Assembly: GCA_012517285.1 (NCBI GenBank)
Contig: JAAYVG010000026.1
Coordinates: 13,408-77,407, forward strand
From: Elusimicrobiota bacterium
GTDB taxonomy: Bacteria; Elusimicrobiota; Elusimicrobia; Elusimicrobiales; UBA9959
DNA length: 64,000 nucleotides
Direction of reading: 5' to 3'
Below the pieces are notes generated by a model. That model ran no database searches. It was not told the DNA's origin and worked only from the letters and a program-made list of their open reading frames with translations. Positions 1 through 8,139 of the stretch are shown here, piece by piece (the first letter of the stretch is position 1; each line of letters begins with the position of its first letter). Made by a program: the position numbers and the translations under genes.

Positions 1-1
1 G

Positions 2-313
2 CCTTATAAGAACAAGGGACTGATAGATAATGTTGCCCATTGTCATAACAGTTATATAACAACTGCTGCTGAAACAGGGATAATTGGGTTAGGTATGTTT
101 GTTTTTATAATATTTTATTTTTTGATGAAGTATTTTATGGTTGCAAAACGTAGTGGTGATGATTTTATGAAAGCTTTTGGTTTTTCACTGTTTGGTTGCT
201 GGCTTAATATTGGAATAGGTGGAATGTTTGAATCAAATTTTTCAACCTTTGTTATATGGGGTTTCTTGAGCCTCTGGATGGGTATGTTTGAAACCTTAAT
301 TAAACAGGAGTAA
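2..313 (+). CDS. O-antigen ligase (Wzy_C/RfaL-like) family membrane protein, N-terminus cut by window edge
   Basis: The frame is open from base 2. The translation PYKNKGLIDNVAHCHNSYITTAAETGIIGLG carries the H-N-x-Y...E-x-G signature of O-antigen ligases, followed by hydrophobic helices. Track ORF 95..313 is only its internal Met. Confidence 0.55.
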   Translation, partial: PYKNKGLIDNVAHCHNSYITTAAETGIIGLGMFVFIIFYFLMKYFMVAKRSGDDFMKAFGFSLFGCWLNIGIGGMFESNFSTFVIWGFLSLWMGMFETLIKQE

Positions 314-399
314 CCGCAAGTTATTCTGGTGTGTAATTTTGGTTATATAGTGATATTAAAAATTGATAAAATATTATTGTTAAGTTTTAAGGAGATTTT

Positions 400-1638
400 A
401 TGAAGAAGAATGTAAATCCATGGTATTTTGTGCCAAGCACTTATTTTGCAGAGGGTCTCCCTTATGTCGTCGTTAATACGCTTATTGTGGTGTTATATAA
501 AAAATTAAATATTCCAAATGATGTCATCGCTTTTTTAACAAGCTGGTTGTTTTTGCCTTGGACAATAAAATTTTTGTGGGGGCCGGTGGTTGATATAGTT
601 GGAACTAAAAGAAAGTGGATAATATACACTGAGCTTGCTATGGCGGCACTTGCAATTTTAGCATCAATATCCTTAGGAACAAAATATTTTCTGGTAGCCT
701 CTTTGACCTGTTTTATGATTATGGCTTTTCTTTCTGCTACTCAGGATATTGCAGTGGATGGTTTTTATATGATCTCTATGGATGATAAAAAACAAGCCTT
801 TTTTGTTGGCATAAGATCTTTTTTCTATCGTTTAGCAATGCTATTTTCTTCAAGCGTTCTTATCATATATGCAGGAAGGTTAGAAAGTGTCACAAATAAT
901 ATAGTCCTTTCATGGCAGACAATCATAGTTATTGTCGCTCTGATTATGGGTGTTCTCTTTCTATACCATACATTTGTCCTTCCATTTCCTGATGCTGATT
1001 CATCAAACAAGAAGTTTAACTGGCATGAGTTCTGGGATGCAATAATAAGCTTTTTTAAGCAGGATAAGATATGGCTTGCAATAGCATTTATTTTGCTTTA
1101 TAGATTTGGTGAGGCTGTGCTCTTAAAAATAACACCACTTTTTATGCTTGATTCTGTTGCTAATGGCGGACTTGGGCTTCCAACAGCTGATTATGGAAAG
1201 ATATATGGAACGGTTGGCCTTATCTTTTTAATATTAGGAAATATACTTGGTGGTTTTGCAATAGCGAAGTGGGGACTTAAAAAATGTATATGGCCTATGG
1301 CTCTTCTTTTGAATGTTCCTGATCTCGTTTATGTTTATATGGCATATCATACAAATTTGAGCATAGGCTATGTTTATGTCCTTGTTTCACTGGAACAGTT
1401 CGGTTATGGCGTAGGAACCACAGCATTTATGTACTATCTTATACAGATATGTGGTGAAAAGTATAAGACAACTCATTTTGCAGTTGCTACAAGCATTATG
1501 AATGTTGGTCTGATGATACCTGGTATGTTTAGTGGAAAGCTTCAGATGGCAGTAGGATATCCAAAGTTTTTTATAATAGCATGTTTCTTAACAGTACCTG
1601 GAATGATCCTAATACCATTCCTTAAATACAAAGAATAA
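400..1638 (+). CDS. ampG: MFS permease, AmpG-like (muropeptide transporter family)
   Basis: AAGGAG lies upstream of the ATG. About 12 hydrophobic helices. The N-terminal FAEGLPY...KFLWGPVVD resembles the AmpG family signature. Confidence 0.6.
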   Translation: MKKNVNPWYFVPSTYFAEGLPYVVVNTLIVVLYKKLNIPNDVIAFLTSWLFLPWTIKFLWGPVVDIVGTKRKWIIYTELAMAALAILASISLGTKYFLVASLTCFMIMAFLSATQDIAVDGFYMISMDDKKQAFFVGIRSFFYRLAMLFSSSVLIIYAGRLESVTNNIVLSWQTIIVIVALIMGVLFLYHTFVLPFPDADSSNKKFNWHEFWDAIISFFKQDKIWLAIAFILLYRFGEAVLLKITPLFMLDSVANGGLGLPTADYGKIYGTVGLIFLILGNILGGFAIAKWGLKKCIWPMALLLNVPDLVYVYMAYHTNLSIGYVYVLVSLEQFGYGVGTTAFMYYLIQICGEKYKTTHFAVATSIMNVGLMIPGMFSGKLQMAVGYPKFFIIACFLTVPGMILIPFLKYKE

Positions 1639-2654
1639 TGAATGGTTTTTTTTTGCCTTTATTGTCAGCGTTTTTCTTTTCTATTTCTATACCTTTTTCC
1701 AAAGAACTTTTAAATTATTTTTCACCTGTTTTGTTGAGCTCACTGCTTTACTTTTCATCTGCAATATTTCTGATATTTTTTAAGATTATTTACAAATCAG
1801 ATGAGACAAAAATAAAAAAAGATGATTTGATTTATCTGATAGGTATAATTGTGTTTGGTGGTTTTCTTGCACCACTCTGTTTTATAACATCGCTTAAAAA
1901 ACTTCCAGCATCCACTGTATCACTCTTATCAAATTTTGAACTTATATTTACTGTTCTTATATCTATATTTTTTTTGGGTGAAAAGAAAGATAAGAGATTT
2001 TTTACAGGTTTTTTAATTGTTGTTATTGGTCTGTTCTTTGTGACTGATATTTCATCTGTTGATTTTAATAAATCTGTATTATTGATTCTTGCAGCAACAT
2101 TGTTTTGGGCCATAGATAACAATCTTTCCGGCAAACTTTCAGTAAAGGATCCTTACATAATATCAATAATAAAAGGCATTGTTGGTGGGGGAATAAATCT
2201 TCTGATCGCCTTTAATGTGGAGACTATTAATTATTCTGTAAATAAACTTTTTTATGTTTTTTTGTTGGGTGGAGTAAGCTATGGAGGTAGTCTTGTATGT
2301 CTCATATATTCATTCAGATTTGTAGGCGTGTCAGTTAGCATAAGTGTCTTTAATTCATATCCTTTCATTGCATTCGTATTATCAGTTTTATTCTTAAATG
2401 AAAGTGTTTCAATGGGTGTAATAATTGGTGCTCTGCTTTTTGCTACAGGATTGTTGGTGATAATGACTGCATCGCATTCTCATTTACATTCACATATAGT
2501 GGAACATGAGCATTTTCATTCGCACAACGATGGTCACCACAACCATAAACATAATGAGATTGAGTACACAAAAAAGCACTCACATATTCATAAGCATAAT
2601 ATAATACTTCATTCTCATACACACCTTGATGATAGTCATCACAGACATCATTAA
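1638..2654 (+). CDS. DMT/EamA-family transporter with C-terminal histidine-rich tail
   Basis: The ATG overlaps the ampG stop (TAATG). There are two EamA-like halves of hydrophobic helices. The last ~60 aa contain more than 20 His (HSHLHSHIVEHEHFHSHNDGHHNHKH...HSHTHLDDSHHRHH). Confidence 0.6.
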   Translation: MNGFFLPLLSAFFFSISIPFSKELLNYFSPVLLSSLLYFSSAIFLIFFKIIYKSDETKIKKDDLIYLIGIIVFGGFLAPLCFITSLKKLPASTVSLLSNFELIFTVLISIFFLGEKKDKRFFTGFLIVVIGLFFVTDISSVDFNKSVLLILAATLFWAIDNNLSGKLSVKDPYIISIIKGIVGGGINLLIAFNVETINYSVNKLFYVFLLGGVSYGGSLVCLIYSFRFVGVSVSISVFNSYPFIAFVLSVLFLNESVSMGVIIGALLFATGLLVIMTASHSHLHSHIVEHEHFHSHNDGHHNHKHNEIEYTKKHSHIHKHNIILHSHTHLDDSHHRHH

Positions 2655-2669
2655 AAGTATTTTAATTAA

Positions 2670-2721
2670 TTTGGTTATTTGTGTCAGGATGTAAACGGAC
2701 TAATTAGTTATTTAGTTATAT
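2670..2721. repeat. Intergenic module block (CAGGATGTAAACGGACTAATTAGTTATTTAG type)
   Basis: Shares AACGGACTAATTAGTTATTTAG with 52951-52975 and CAGGATGTAAACGGA with 43123-43137. Confidence 0.8.
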
Positions 2722-2831
2722 AGTTTTCCTTCATTTTGACACGATCGTATGGAATTTGAGAAGAGTTAGGTAAAAACAAGCATTGTGGACTATTAAATCC
2801 AAGACGATATCCACAATAATTACGAAAGAAC
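2722..2831 (+). repeat. 110-bp repeat unit, copy A (left arm of inverted pair flanking the transporter operon)
   Basis: Identical at 107/110 positions to the reverse complement of 5491-5600. Contains the ACGATCGT palindrome and the ATTGTGGA..TCCACAAT hairpin. Confidence 0.9.
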
Positions 2832-2854
2832 CATAATTATTGAAAAAATCAATT

Positions 2855-2863
2855 TGCTATAAT
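2855..2863 (+). promoter_or_regulatory. Extended -10 (TGcTATAAT) 8 nt upstream of ATG 2872
   Basis: Read directly from the sequence. No SD lies between it and the ATG, implying a leaderless or near-leaderless transcript. Confidence 0.45.
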
Positions 2864-2871
2864 CTAATTAT

Positions 2872-4530
2872 ATGGAAGCTTTTTTTAACATGATTTTTCA
2901 AAACAACATTCTCTCCACCCTTTTAGCCTTATCGCTTACAGGGCTTATAGGGCTTTATATAGGTAATATAAAAATATTTAATATTGAGATAGGTATAACT
3001 GGCGTTCTCTTTGCCGGAATAATACTATCCTACTTGTCATTGCCATTTGATGAAAATCTTATAATTTTTATAAGAGAGTTTGGGCTTGCACTGTTCGTTT
3101 ATGCTGTTGGTATGCAGGTCGGAAACGGTTTTTTTTCATCATTTAAAAAGAATGGAATTTTTTTAAATCTTTTTTCGCTTGTTATAATCCTTTTAAATCT
3201 CTTGGTTCTTTTTGCAATAAAATATTTTACAAATATAGATATAGCTACACTGATAGGTATGTACTGTGGAGGTGTGACAAACACTCCAGCGTTGGCAACG
3301 GCTCAGACAGCACTTTCGTCTGTCTCAGCATCCGCCCCTGTGGATAAAATATCAATAGGTTATGCACTTACATATCCTGGCGCTGTGCTTTCCATAGTTA
3401 TGTCAATGATAATTATAAAATATATCTTCAGAAAGGAGTGTGAGGATGATATAAAACAGAGCGTTTCAATAAATCAGAAGCCAGAGATATTAAATGTTTC
3501 AATGGTGGTGGAGAATAAAAATCTTGATGGGGTTATGATAAAGGATATCCCTGCAATAGATGAGCTAAATGTCGTTATATCAAGGATAAAAAAGAAGGAT
3601 GGAAGCATAATGATTGCAGGACCTTCAACTGTAATAAATGTTGGTGATATTGTTCTCGGCGTAGGTGAAGAAAAAAATCTTGAGGAGCTTAGAAAAATAA
3701 TAGGCAGCAGGTCTGATTATGATTTTAAAAAACAGAATTCAAAGATAATAAATACAAGGGCAATAGTAACAAACAAAAAGATTATAGGGAAAAAGATTTT
3801 TGAAACAGTAATTCCATCATATAATGTAATTATAACAAGGGCTTCAAGGGCTGATGTGGAATTTGTTGTAACTGATGATTATACCATACAGTTTGCTGAT
3901 AATATTGTTATAGTTGGTGAGGAAGCAGATGTTTTAAAGGTGGCTAAATATATTGGTAACTCTCCAAAAGAACTTACCATACCGAACCTTATACCAATTT
4001 TTATAGGTTTAATAGTTGGTGTTATAATAGCGGTCATACCATTTCGTATTCCATTTGTTTCAACCCCTTTAAAATTGGGCCTTGCTGGGGGACTCCTTAT
4101 AAGTGCTATAATATTTGCAAACTTAGGAAGCATAGGAAAGATTTCGTGGTATATTCCTCCATCGAGCAATCTTATGCTAAGGGAGCTTGGAATAGTTATG
4201 TTTTTAAGTGCTGTTGGTCTCAAATCAGGTCATAACTTCTTTTCAACACTATTGAACAAGGAAGGTATTATGATAGTTGGTGGTGGAATTCTAATTTCTT
4301 TTGTTCCGCTTATAATCACAGGCTATGTTCTTAAAAGATTTTATAAGCTTCATTACCTTACGATATGTGGGCTTCTGAGCGGTTCTATGACAGACCCACC
4401 TGCCCTTGCTTTTGCTAACTCTATTTCAGAATCAAGTCTTCAATCCATATCATATGCTACGGTTTATCCTCTTACAATGTTTATGAGAATAATCTCGGCG
4501 CAGATACTTGTCTTATGGCTAATTCCATAG
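2872..4530 (+). CDS. YidE/YbjL/AspT-family transporter (Asp-Al_Ex repeats with two central TrkA-C/RCK_C domains)
   Basis: N- and C-terminal hydrophobic repeats flank two soluble RCK_C-like segments (VVENKNLDGVMIKDI...VLGVGEE and NKKIIGKKIFE...VIVGEEADV). The N-terminus is similar in layout to E. coli YidE. An alternative start exists at 2890. Confidence 0.75.
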   Translation: MEAFFNMIFQNNILSTLLALSLTGLIGLYIGNIKIFNIEIGITGVLFAGIILSYLSLPFDENLIIFIREFGLALFVYAVGMQVGNGFFSSFKKNGIFLNLFSLVIILLNLLVLFAIKYFTNIDIATLIGMYCGGVTNTPALATAQTALSSVSASAPVDKISIGYALTYPGAVLSIVMSMIIIKYIFRKECEDDIKQSVSINQKPEILNVSMVVENKNLDGVMIKDIPAIDELNVVISRIKKKDGSIMIAGPSTVINVGDIVLGVGEEKNLEELRKIIGSRSDYDFKKQNSKIINTRAIVTNKKIIGKKIFETVIPSYNVIITRASRADVEFVVTDDYTIQFADNIVIVGEEADVLKVAKYIGNSPKELTIPNLIPIFIGLIVGVIIAVIPFRIPFVSTPLKLGLAGGLLISAIIFANLGSIGKISWYIPPSSNLMLRELGIVMFLSAVGLKSGHNFFSTLLNKEGIMIVGGGILISFVPLIITGYVLKRFYKLHYLTICGLLSGSMTDPPALAFANSISESSLQSISYATVYPLTMFMRIISAQILVLWLIP

Positions 4531-5429
4531 TATCAATAATATTAATAATATTTATTGGTTATGTCTTTGCTTTTTTAGATAGGAACAGAAAAAACACAGA
4601 AAACGCATTAAACAAATATCTTTATTATTTAGCACTTCCATTAACTATATTTGTAAGCACTTATTCACTTGATACAAAGTTTATAACATTGAATTTTGTT
4701 CTTATAAACTCTATACCATTGCTGCTGATTTTTTTTGTTGTTTATTTATTATGCTGTATTAAAGTTTTAAAACTGGATTTCGCAAGGACACTTATAATAA
4801 CCTCAACGCTTGGGAATCTTGTCTATTTAGGCTTTGTCATGGTCTCTCTAACAGCAGGTTCTTCCAATCTTGGAACTGCCGCATTCGTCTCAGCAATTCA
4901 AAATATTGTTGTTTTTACTTTTGGCATATTTTTTTTAAATCTTCTATCATATGAAAACAATATTAAAAAAACAATCATCTCTAAAACTTTAGAAAATCCT
5001 CTGATAATATCATCAGTTTTGGGAATCTTTTTTGCCTGTTTTCATATTCAGCTTCCAGATTTTATCAGCAATATTTTTAAGGAGTTTTCAAAATCAACAT
5101 CGGTCGTCGCTCTTTTTATAATTGGTATGGGGCTTTATGGGAAGAAAATTAATATTATAAATATAAAAAAGATCCTTGTTATCTCATTTTTTAAAATGAT
5201 AATCCTACCATTCATTGTTTTGTGCTGGATCTATATTTCTAAAGATTTGAGTGTATCAAGCTATGTAACATTCATACAGTACACAATGCCGCCAGCTGCA
5301 GCCTGTTATGTTCTTGCATATAAGTTGAATCTTGAAGCTGATGTCATTGCTGAATGCATAGTTTTTGACACGCTTCTTTATTTTGCTCTTTTCCCAGCAT
5401 ATTTATATCTTGCAGCTCTCATTTTTTAA
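4515..5429 (+). CDS. AEC (auxin efflux carrier / membrane transport) family permease
   Basis: About 10 hydrophobic helices with an AEC-like N-terminus (IILIIFIGYVFAF). Overlaps the upstream transporter gene by 16 nt, suggesting translational coupling. Confidence 0.6.
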   Translation: MANSIVSIILIIFIGYVFAFLDRNRKNTENALNKYLYYLALPLTIFVSTYSLDTKFITLNFVLINSIPLLLIFFVVYLLCCIKVLKLDFARTLIITSTLGNLVYLGFVMVSLTAGSSNLGTAAFVSAIQNIVVFTFGIFFLNLLSYENNIKKTIISKTLENPLIISSVLGIFFACFHIQLPDFISNIFKEFSKSTSVVALFIIGMGLYGKKINIINIKKILVISFFKMIILPFIVLCWIYISKDLSVSSYVTFIQYTMPPAAACYVLAYKLNLEADVIAECIVFDTLLYFALFPAYLYLAALIF

Positions 5430-5490
5430 AATTATCATAAAAACGGTTAAACATCATAAAAAATTTTATCCTTATTTAGGAATAAAAAAA

Positions 5491-5600
5491 GTTCTTTCGT
5501 AATTATTGTGGATATAGTCTTGGATTTAATAGTCCACAATGCTTGTTTTTACTTAACTCTTCTCAAATTCCATACGATCGTGTCAGAATGAAGGAAAACT
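5491..5600 (-). repeat. 110-bp repeat unit, copy B (right arm)
   Basis: Reverse complement of copy A with 3 substitutions. Confidence 0.9.
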
Positions 5601-5788
5601 TAATCATCAATATCTAAAAGATTTAATCATTGTTTAAATAAATAAACATATATGCATTTAAATATTTACCCAAATTTTTCATTTGTAATCAATCTGTGTT
5701 GTTAAATTGAATAATAAAATCATTAAACGATCTGATTGTGAAAAAAAGTAGCAGATAACTGTTTTTGTTCTTGTTATTTTTGCTTCAG

Positions 5789-5831
5789 TCTTCTCAAATT
5801 CCATACGATCGTGTCAGAATGAAGGAAAACT
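5789..5831 (-). repeat. Truncated copy C of the 110-bp unit (outer 43 nt only)
   Basis: 43/43 identical to 5558-5600 and in the same orientation as copy B, 188 bp further on. Confidence 0.9.
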
Positions 5832-5949
5832 ATTTTAAATTTTATATAAATTTTTTATGTATAAAGTTTTAGGTGTCACTGAAGAACTGCAGGTTAATAT
5901 TAAGATTGAGGTTAAGAAGAAAACGACAAATCCCCATCGAAATAGTGAT

Positions 5950-5996
5950 CAGAAATCAGAAGTCAGAGGACAGAATACAGAAGTCAGAAAGCAGAG
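5950..5996 (+). repeat. Degenerate heptamer array CAGAARN
   Basis: cagaaat cagaagt cagagga cagaata cagaagt cagaaag cagag. Confidence 0.85.
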
Positions 5997-6110
5997 CCTG
6001 CCTACCCGCCCACTGCAATGTGTTAAGAAGTTGTAAACCAGCATTAATTTAACACATATAATCCGTCATAATTCCTACCTGCCTGCCGAAGCCGCTTCGG
6101 CGCAGGCAGG
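5997..6110 (+). repeat. Long-form ~110-bp element ending in the GC-rich palindrome (copy X1)
   Basis: Aligns with 54965-55076 (CTGCAATNTGTTAAGNAGTTGTAAACCAGCATTAATTTAACACATNTAATCCG...). The 33-nt palindrome is at 6078-6110. Confidence 0.85.
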
Positions 6111-6112
6111 TT

Positions 6113-6315
6113 GTATTGGATAATTCTTGTATTATCCATTTTCATCTTGATTACATCTGTATTCATCCTGATGAATCCGTTTCTATCCTGATGATTCTTC
6201 TTCCTAAATAACTATCTTCTTGATTTATCCGTCTTCATCTCGATGAATCTGTTTTCATCCCGATTACATCTGTCTTCATCCTGATGATTACATCATGATG
6301 ATTTCATGCGGATGA
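6113..6315. repeat. Array of TCATCNNGATGA-type mini-palindromes (~20-bp period)
   Basis: tcatcttgatta, tcatcctgatga, ctatcctgatga, tcatctcgatga, tcatcccgatta, tcatcctgatga and acatcatgatga, separated by ATCYGTYTT spacers. The array runs up to the stop codon of the O-methyltransferase gene. Confidence 0.85.
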
Positions 6316-6981
6316 TTATTTGATTATTCCAACAGCTATTCCATCTGATGTAGGAATAATAGCCCTGTGTGAAAAACTCTCATCAGTAAAGAGTATGTGA
6401 AGAAATTCTCTCATCCCTCTTGATTTTTTTTGCTGTTCTTTATCATCACTATCGTAGAACAGATTGCCTTTCATCAGTGGATTGTGTGCCAGTATTATCC
6501 CACCACTTCTGATATTTTTTATTGCCCATTTTATATAGAATGGATATTCATCCTTGCTCGCATCCATAAAACAAAAATCAAAAGTTCCTGTCTTTGATAG
6601 CTTGGTTAATGCTTCCTTTGCTTCGCTGTTCATTAGTATTATCTTTCTTTCAAGTCCTAAATCAATAAAAATTCTTGATGCTATCTCGGCATGCTTTGGG
6701 TCTCTTTCAATTGTATAAAGCTTTGAGTTATCGTCAAGTGCCTTTGAGATCCATACCGATGAGTATCCACAGAGTGTTCCAATCTCTACGCCTCTTCTCG
6801 GTTTTATCATAGCAATAAGCATTGATATTATATTCCCTTCAAAGGGGGTTATGTTTATTTTTCTTATATTGTTTTTTTCCATCTCATCCATTACCCTTTT
6901 TAAATAATCATCATCATTGGCTGTATGGGTTATAATATATTCAAGTGTCTTTGTATCAATATTTTGTGGAATTATATTCAT
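6316..6981 (-). CDS. Class I SAM-dependent O-methyltransferase (caffeoyl-CoA OMT-like / YrrM type)
   Basis: SAM motif I VEIGTLCGYSS, FDFCFMDASKDEY, and the overall length are typical of the Methyltransf_3 family. Confidence 0.75.
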   Translation of the reverse strand: MNIIPQNIDTKTLEYIITHTANDDDYLKRVMDEMEKNNIRKINITPFEGNIISMLIAMIKPRRGVEIGTLCGYSSVWISKALDDNSKLYTIERDPKHAEIASRIFIDLGLERKIILMNSEAKEALTKLSKTGTFDFCFMDASKDEYPFYIKWAIKNIRSGGIILAHNPLMKGNLFYDSDDKEQQKKSRGMREFLHILFTDESFSHRAIIPTSDGIAVGIIK

Positions 6982-6988
6982 AAGTAAT

Positions 6989-6997
6989 ATTTTATCA
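6989..6997 (-). promoter_or_regulatory. Extended -10 (TGaTAAAAT) 7 nt upstream of ATG 6981
   Basis: Minus-strand reading of 6989-6997. No SD. Confidence 0.45.
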
Positions 6998-7084
6998 AAA
7001 AAGCTTTGTTAATTTTTTTCTTTTACTTTATGAGAATATAGTAGAGATAATATAATAAGATGTTATCAGTAAGAAGCAAAGGTT

Positions 7085-7645
7085 TTAAATTAATTTTTCT
7101 CTCAATTTATCCATTGCTCTTTTAAATCTGCTTAAAAGAGTTCCCAATGGAATATTAAGTGTTTTTGAGATCTCTTCAAACCTGAGACCAGAAAAATGTT
7201 TTAATAATATTATCTCCCTGTACTCTTCTGACAATGTTGATATAGCCTCATATAGTTTCTTATTTTCATAAATTGTTATAAGTTCTTTTTCAGGATTTTC
7301 GCCAGATGCTATCAAATCTTCAAGAGTGTGTTTCTCATCTATATTCTGATCTATGGATATATTATTCCTTTGATTTTTATTTTTTTTACTTTTTATAAAG
7401 TCAATGACAGAATTTCTTGCTATGAGATATATCATTGCCTTAAAATTCCCTTCTCTGTATGAGGGAAGCTTATTTATTACTTTTATAAAAACTTCTTGAA
7501 ATATATCATTTGCAGCTTCATTATCTTTTACCATTGATAGTATAAAGTTAAATAGTTGAATGTTGTATCTGTGGTAAAGTTCTTCAAAAGCTTTCTCATC
7601 ACCATCAAGATATTCACTTACCAGCTCATCATCAGTTTTTTCCAT
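7085..7645 (-). CDS. RNA polymerase sigma-70 family, ECF subfamily
   Basis: Region 2 (DDELVSEYLDGDEKAFEELYHRY...DIFQEVFIKV) and region 4 HTH (EYREIILLKHFSGLRFEEISKTLNIPLGTLLSRFKRAMDKLR). I prefer the ATG at 7645 (TAAAAT 7 nt upstream) over the track's TTG at 7678. Confidence 0.85.
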   Translation of the reverse strand: MEKTDDELVSEYLDGDEKAFEELYHRYNIQLFNFILSMVKDNEAANDIFQEVFIKVINKLPSYREGNFKAMIYLIARNSVIDFIKSKKNKNQRNNISIDQNIDEKHTLEDLIASGENPEKELITIYENKKLYEAISTLSEEYREIILLKHFSGLRFEEISKTLNIPLGTLLSRFKRAMDKLREKLI

Positions 7646-7652
7646 AAATAAT

Positions 7653-7658
7653 ATTTTA
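7653..7658 (-). promoter_or_regulatory. -10 hexamer TAAAAT 7 nt upstream of ATG 7645 (ECF sigma gene)
   Basis: Minus-strand reading. TTATTG lies 17 nt further upstream. No SD. Confidence 0.4.
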
Positions 7659-7719
7659 CTAAACTGTTCGGCTTGCAATAAAACAATAAATATTTCGTTA
7701 TTATAAATTGGGAGGATGT

Positions 7720-8121
7720 ATGGAGTGCGGTTTTAAAGAAAAGGTTATAATGTTTTTCTACAACGAGCTTAAGGATGATGATGGTGAGATCAGGAGTCAT
7801 ATTGAATCCTGTGATGAATGCAAGAATCTTTACAACAGTCTTGATATGATTGAGAATAAACTTTTTGTAGGTGGATTTATATATGAAAATGTTGAAAAAA
7901 ATATTATGGTGTATGCTAAATCTAAGTTAAAAAGAGTTTCATTAAAAATTTCTAATATTTTGATTCCTCTGGGTTTTTCTTTTTCAGTACTTTTGCTTTT
8001 TTTTCTTCCACAAAAAACTTTCGTGAGTGAAAACAATATAGATTTAGAATTAACAAATTTAGAAAGCAGTGTTGCTATTGCTAACTACGACTTAGAAGAT
8101 TATATTGATTATGGATTTTAA
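7720..8121 (+). CDS. Putative anti-sigma factor, zf-HC2 type, single TM
   Basis: MEC...x26...H-x3-C-x2-C (HIESCDEC) matches the zf-HC2 pattern, and a central TM helix is present. GGGAGGA lies upstream of the ATG at 7720. Divergent from the ECF sigma gene. Confidence 0.55.
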   Translation: MECGFKEKVIMFFYNELKDDDGEIRSHIESCDECKNLYNSLDMIENKLFVGGFIYENVEKNIMVYAKSKLKRVSLKISNILIPLGFSFSVLLLFFLPQKTFVSENNIDLELTNLESSVAIANYDLEDYIDYGF

Positions 8122-8139
8122 ATTAGTAAGGAGGTTTAT

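Noticed and set aside
2715-5610. I searched for a target-site duplication flanking the IR-bracketed transporter cassette.
   Set aside because: The flanks read ...TTAGTTATAT|AG... and ...CT|TAATCATC.... I could not define a matching direct repeat beyond a single ambiguous T/TA. Transposition is therefore not demonstrated from this window.
5672-5705. A shared 16-mer TTTGTAATCAATCTGT (20 of 21 with extension) at 5682-5702 and 31041-31061, each near a repeat element.
   Set aside because: A single exact 16-mer match between two sites in 64 kb of AT-rich DNA is close to chance expectation. No further flanking similarity exists, so it is not treated as an element.
5558-5831. Two direct copies of a 43-nt sequence (GTTTTCCTTCATTCTGACACGATCGTATGGAATTTGAGAAGA on the minus strand), plus an inverted copy at 2722-2764, looked CRISPR-repeat-like: a GTTTT start, an internal palindrome and about 40 nt length.
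   Set aside because: There are only two direct copies, separated by 188 bp, which is far longer than any spacer. The copies are the ends of a longer 110-bp unit. One copy is inverted 2.7 kb away. No cas genes or leader are present. It is better explained as a dispersed repeat or MITE.
7618-7800. A 60-aa minus-strand ORF, and the TTG-initiated extensions of the sigma gene (7678) and anti-sigma gene (7708).
   Set aside because: The short ORF overlaps both better-supported genes. The ATG starts at 7645 (-10 box 7 nt upstream) and 7720 (GGGAGGA RBS) fit the family N-termini and local signals better.
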